NCBI GenBank assembly: GCA_963762115.1
Contig: CAVXJH010000003.1
Location: forward strand, 1-64,000
Reading direction: 5' to 3'
Length of the DNA stretch: 64,000 bases
Source of the DNA: Candidatus Babeliales bacterium
GTDB taxonomy: Bacteria; Babelota; Babeliae; Babelales; JANWKD01
Shown here in pieces: positions 59,923 through 64,000 of the stretch. How positions within the stretch are numbered: the stretch's first letter is position 1; each line of letters opens with the position of its first letter. Under the pieces are notes generated by a model. That model worked only from the letters and a program-made list of their open reading frames with translations, was not told the origin of the DNA and searched no databases. The position numbers and the translations under genes are program-made.

Positions 59923-62256
59923 ATGAATAAAAAGACAATATTTTTAAGTGTTTTTGCTGTTTTTGCAGCATTATCACCCTTAAAAGCGATGGAAGAAGAT
60001 AAGCAGGGTTCAAAGAGAAGCTTTGAACAGGTAAATTCTCAAAAAGAGGAAAAGCCTAAAAAGCATAAAAAAGCTAGAACTGAAACTGGTAAGCAAGAAG
60101 AATATGTTATTTTTGCAACATCTGATGAGAAGCAGGTGAGCGTGTTAAAGAGTGTTGCTCAACTTTCACAAACACTGTGTGGTTATTTTGATGATGCTGA
60201 ATTTGATAATTCACAAGCAGTTCCTTTGTCGAGTGATGAAGCATTTACTAAGAAAAATTTAAAATGCATAAAAAAATTATTGATGTGCATTCATAACGAT
60301 AGCAAAGGTCTTGAGGTTGATGCTGAGTTACTTGGATCAATACTAAAAAGATTACGTGCGTCTACCCAAGAAGCGGAACAATTAAGTAAGATTATGAGCT
60401 TTTTAGATTTAAATAAGCAGTTAAATAATGTAATGGTAAATCAACAGAGAGTGCCTGAAAATCAGTTTTGTTTTTTTTCTCACGATAGACAGGGAATGTT
60501 GGTTAAGCAAGAAATACTATTAAGTTACCCTTATTTTCAGAGACTAGTGCAAGCTAACATGCAAGAATCGATTTCTCATAAAATAGTAACAGAATTATCA
60601 TCGGCTGATTTGCAGCTTTTGATTGCTTTATTAGAATATTCTTATCCATATCAACAACAGATGGTAGCATTTCAAGGAAAATTGAGTGATGAGATGCAAA
60701 ACAGCTTGTCAGCTGCTTTTGTAAAGGCTATTCGTGAAAAAACAGAAGAATTGTTTAAAAACGAAGAGAATTCAATAATGGATCTCATTGCGCAAGCTGA
60801 TCAATGGGACCTTCGTCCTTTAGTTAAGGGTTTGATGGCCTTTGTTGTAAATAATGCATCAGAGCAAGATGTGAGTAGTTTTATTGATGAGCTTCCTACT
60901 AGTTATAGAAAAGAGCTTTTCTCTCAAGAAGTAGTAGTTGATCAAAATAATGCGGTAATGTTATGTAGTTCATTCATCAACAGATTGAAAGCAGCATTAT
61001 TAACTGTTTCTCAAAGCGAAAAAGAATGTGAAAAAACAGAAGATTCGTTAAAAGATTTTGCTGTTGATCAACTGACTTTCTTGGTAGATTATTTTAAAAA
61101 GAATCCTCAACAAGTTGATGCTCTTGCTAAGGTGCTTTGTGATCAATTGAATTATTTTATTGATAATTATGAAGCGATTATTAATACCTTAGAAAATTTT
61201 AATAAAGATTTGATTATTCCTTTTAATGCCTTCTTGAAGGTAATGAGTGCACCGATTTTAAAAGATCTTTGGCATGCGAAGGATAACGAAGCAGAATTCC
61301 GCATTATAGGTTATTTATCGGGAAATCATTGTGTTATACATCAAAATGTTTATTCGTCAAAAGAGCCGTCTAAAAATTATATTTTAAATTATTTGACGGG
61401 AGATAAAAGAAGTTTTGATAATTTGTCTGATATGGATATCCTATCAGTAGATCAAAATGTATGTGCCCAAGGTAATAATGATAAACTTACAATCTTGCAA
61501 TGGGATGGAAAACAATTTGGTAGTCCTTTAGATATAACGCGTAGTGATGGATCAGGATTAGTAAAGGTATCAAATAATTGTATTATTATGCGCAATAGAA
61601 TTAATAATACGTTATACGTTTTAGATGATAAGGGCAAAGAAAAAGGCCGTTTTAATTTTGATGGAAATAATAATCACATCGAAAGCTGTTTTTTGCTTAA
61701 TAACAATACATTAATTGTATCATTTGTAGATTTAAATGGTTATAAGCTTGCTCAAATGAGTTTTGATTCATCTGAAATTACCGTGCTTGATGAACAACCA
61801 GCAGGGTCTAAATTTACTTTTATGACACGTTTGAATGAAGAAGAATTTGTTGTTGGCTATTGTAATGGAAAAATATCGATATTTAATAATAAAACAGGTG
61901 TGAGAACTATTCAAGAAGATGATAGTGTTACTGTCGTTGGTATGTATGATCAAATTATTAAAAAACAAATTAGCGTGTCAGCAATTTTTGCTAGTACAAA
62001 TGGTGAGTTTTTTATAACGGTCCGACAACTAGATAATTATTCTGAATATATACTTTGGGAAACAAAATCGGGTGAAAAAATTTCAACCGATAGGTTTAAC
62101 AACAAGATTTATTTAGTAGCTGTTCAAAACGGACATTATATTTTTCTACCATATAATAGCCGTGAATTATTTCATCAGTTTAATCCTTTAATTGCTACCA
62201 CGCAAGAAATTATCGACTATATGCGTAGTAATAATTTTAGGTTTTTAAATCAATAA
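59923..62256 (+). CDS. Secreted NLS + Skp1/BTB-like (x2) + beta-propeller protein, paralogue 2
   Basis: Collinear with 57510-59825 from MNKKTIFL to PLIATTQEI..F.FL.Q; KRSFEQVNSQKEEKPKKHKKAR. Confidence 0.82.
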   Translation: MNKKTIFLSVFAVFAALSPLKAMEEDKQGSKRSFEQVNSQKEEKPKKHKKARTETGKQEEYVIFATSDEKQVSVLKSVAQLSQTLCGYFDDAEFDNSQAVPLSSDEAFTKKNLKCIKKLLMCIHNDSKGLEVDAELLGSILKRLRASTQEAEQLSKIMSFLDLNKQLNNVMVNQQRVPENQFCFFSHDRQGMLVKQEILLSYPYFQRLVQANMQESISHKIVTELSSADLQLLIALLEYSYPYQQQMVAFQGKLSDEMQNSLSAAFVKAIREKTEELFKNEENSIMDLIAQADQWDLRPLVKGLMAFVVNNASEQDVSSFIDELPTSYRKELFSQEVVVDQNNAVMLCSSFINRLKAALLTVSQSEKECEKTEDSLKDFAVDQLTFLVDYFKKNPQQVDALAKVLCDQLNYFIDNYEAIINTLENFNKDLIIPFNAFLKVMSAPILKDLWHAKDNEAEFRIIGYLSGNHCVIHQNVYSSKEPSKNYILNYLTGDKRSFDNLSDMDILSVDQNVCAQGNNDKLTILQWDGKQFGSPLDITRSDGSGLVKVSNNCIIMRNRINNTLYVLDDKGKEKGRFNFDGNNNHIESCFLLNNNTLIVSFVDLNGYKLAQMSFDSSEITVLDEQPAGSKFTFMTRLNEEEFVVGYCNGKISIFNNKTGVRTIQEDDSVTVVGMYDQIIKKQISVSAIFASTNGEFFITVRQLDNYSEYILWETKSGEKISTDRFNNKIYLVAVQNGHYIFLPYNSRELFHQFNPLIATTQEIIDYMRSNNFRFLNQ

Positions 62257-62263
62257 CATTTTT

Positions 62264-62303
62264 TGGAGAGAAAAAGATTGTTTTCTTTTTCTCTCCATTT
62301 TTT
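62264..62303 (+). terminator. Terminator between convergent genes
   Basis: TGGAGAGAAAAAGA/TCTTTTTCTCTCCA stem plus T tract. Confidence 0.8.
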
Positions 62304-62313
62304 ATAAACATGA

Positions 62314-63159
62314 TTAGATATTTTCTGTGGTAGTATGTAGGTCAAATAATCGATAGGCAACTTGAGACGTAGTAGTTGCAATTTCATCGAATGGTGTATT
62401 TCTTACATCAGCTAAATACTGTGCAATGGTAAGAATTTGTGCAGGATTATTTTGCTTGCCTCGAATGTTTTGAGGAGGCAAAAATGGTGCATCGGTTTCA
62501 AGAATAATTTTTTCTAAAGGAACTGTTTTTGCAACGGTACGTACTATTTCATTTTTGGGATATGTTATTGTTCCACCAATGCCCAAAACCATACCAAGCG
62601 CGATAGCTTCATCTGCAAAAGATTGGTTCTCTGAAAAACAATGTATGACACCACGTAATTTTTCTTTTCTGAACTCATCAAGGCAATAGAGTGTTTCATC
62701 AGCAGCATCACGACTATGAACGCTTAATGCTAATCCAAATTCAAGAGCTAATTCGATTTGAGCTTTAAAAGCATCTTTTTGTCGTTGCAAATTATAGCCA
62801 GGATAATGACGATCAATACCGCATTCGCCAATACCAACAATTTTATAATCTTTAAGATTGTTGCTTTTCTTATTATTAAACCATAAAGAGCGCATTTCTT
62901 TTAAATCATTGTGCCATGTTGGTGTGCAATCATTAGGATGAATACCAATTGTTGCAAAACAATTTGAGTAATTTTTTGCTAATTCAACACAATTTTTACT
63001 TTCAATTATACTAGTGCCGACGTTGATAATAAGATGAACGTCGTTATTGTGTGCTTGCTCAATTATGGCTGATGCTAATGCAATTTGAGACGATGTTAGA
63101 AGGACATCAAATTCTTTTTTTACCATCATGTTTATATGACAATGTGTATCAATCAGCAT
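62314..63159 (-). CDS. tatD: TatD family hydrolase
   Basis: MLIDTHCH after an AAGGAG RBS, IGIHP, IGECGID, VHSRDA, IHCFS, ILETDAPFL. Confidence 0.95.
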   Translation of the reverse strand: MLIDTHCHINMMVKKEFDVLLTSSQIALASAIIEQAHNNDVHLIINVGTSIIESKNCVELAKNYSNCFATIGIHPNDCTPTWHNDLKEMRSLWFNNKKSNNLKDYKIVGIGECGIDRHYPGYNLQRQKDAFKAQIELALEFGLALSVHSRDAADETLYCLDEFRKEKLRGVIHCFSENQSFADEAIALGMVLGIGGTITYPKNEIVRTVAKTVPLEKIILETDAPFLPPQNIRGKQNNPAQILTIAQYLADVRNTPFDEIATTTSQVAYRLFDLHTTTENI

Positions 63160-63392
63160 AGAGCTCCTTATAAACAAATTTATACATACTCTTCAATGAT
63201 AATACTTTTTATCTTCTAATGATATTTTTAAGTTTGATTATGATTCAGGTAAGCAATAAAAAGGCCAAAAAATGGTTAAAGTTGACAAACTTTTAAATCA
63301 AATTAGTCTAAACACGAATATCACAGAATAAAAAAGTGAAGTTTTAATGAAGAAGCAGTGTTTTAACCAATATTAAACAGTAGGAGCAACCT

Positions 63393-63671
63393 ATGAATAA
63401 GAGTGAGTTGATAAATTCGCTCAGTGAAGAAACAACTTTTGCAAAAAAAGATGTTTCAAGAGTGTTGGATAGTTTTGCAAGAATTGTTCAACGCACATTG
63501 AAAAAAGGCGATAAATTACAATTAGCGGGATTTGGTACCTTTTGGGTGTCAAGAAGACCTGCTCGTAAAGGTATAAATCCAGCAACCAAGGAACGTATTA
63601 ATCTTCCTGCGATTAACGTACCTAGGTTTAAACCTGGAAAAAATCTTAAAGAGGTTGTTAGATCAGTTTAG
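63393..63671 (+). CDS. hup: DNA-binding protein HU
   Basis: MNKSELI, GFGTF, RPARKGINPATKE, PRFKPGKNLKE. Confidence 0.95.
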   Translation: MNKSELINSLSEETTFAKKDVSRVLDSFARIVQRTLKKGDKLQLAGFGTFWVSRRPARKGINPATKERINLPAINVPRFKPGKNLKEVVRSV

Positions 63672-63709
63672 TGGTATTTTTGACTACGAAACAAAGCTAT
63701 TGCCTGTAC

Positions 63710-63740
63710 AAGGACCGTTTATCGGTCCTTATTTCTTTTC
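63710..63740 (+). terminator. Rho-independent terminator
   Basis: AAGGACCG/CGGTCCTT stem followed by a T-rich tail. Confidence 0.7.
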
Positions 63741-63849
63741 AAAGCAGTTTTTTTTAGGTATTCTTTTCTTTAATGAACTATTTCTATTTTAGTAAGTTCA
63801 TGAGAAAATAGTTTTTTCTTATAAATCTAAGTAATTTTTGAAAAAATAA

Positions 63850-63956
63850 ATGTCATTGCGAGCGTAGCGTGGCAACCCAGATAATAAAGTTAATTCATCA
63901 TATGGAATTTATTAAATTTCTGGATCCCCACGTCACTGCGTTCCTCGGGAAGACAT
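63850..63956. repeat. Degenerate palindromic intergenic element (RPE/REP-like, GTCATTGCGAG...GAC type)
   Basis: GC-rich imperfect inverted arms ATGTCATTGCGAGCGTAGCGTGGCAACCCAGA / TCTGGATCCCCACGTCACTGCGTTCCTCGGGAAGACAT around an AT-rich spacer. Confidence 0.7.
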
Positions 63957-64000
63957 TCAGGAAGGCTACTGTACAAATGATAGATTTGAATTTTTTACGT

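Noticed and set aside
44362..63309. Four TTGAC(A/T) promoters with 16-nt spacers (44362, 57439, 59850, 63282) as a lineage-specific promoter geometry
   Set aside because: Two are duplicates of each other, other candidates have 17-nt spacers, and AT-rich DNA gives many chance -10 matches.

Overview
AT-rich bacterial chromosomal segment. Gene content and style point to an intracellular parasite of protists, most plausibly Candidatus Dependentiae/Babelota (TM6); this is inference, not a database result. Intact housekeeping genes (rpmE, prfA, nupC, brnQ, tag, ppsA, galU, pheS, dnaE, phosphomanno/glucomutase, nfo, gap, rnhA, tatD, HU, tRNA-Phe, tRNA with CAT anticodon) are interspersed with about 25 genes for signal-peptide proteins. 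Several carry eukaryote-like modules: WD40, Skp1/BTB, F-box-like, ankyrin, LRR, C2H2 zinc fingers, NLS, CaaX. The first 7.9 kb is the 3' part of a giant tail-fibre/C1q-type repetitive surface protein, heavily frameshifted in its first 3.6 kb. The most notable signal is an apparently modular effector-export system: (i) a ~190-bp promoter+RBS+signal-peptide cassette, ~80% identical, sits in front of two unrelated payloads and ends exactly at GCA-ATG-GA; (ii) about 12 secreted proteins are predicted to be cleaved just before Met-Glu/Asp/Asn/Gln; (iii) a shared 19-aa leucine tag occurs at the termini of three unrelated proteins; (iv) payloads include a C2H2 zinc-finger/NLS protein, two NLS-Skp1/BTB-propeller paralogues, a cryptic Nudix-like+NADAR+CaaX fusion and a clan-CD-like protease. 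One secreted hydrolase gene is flanked by 83-bp direct repeats of its neighbour's 3' end. No CRISPR array, rRNA, integrase or transposase is visible.
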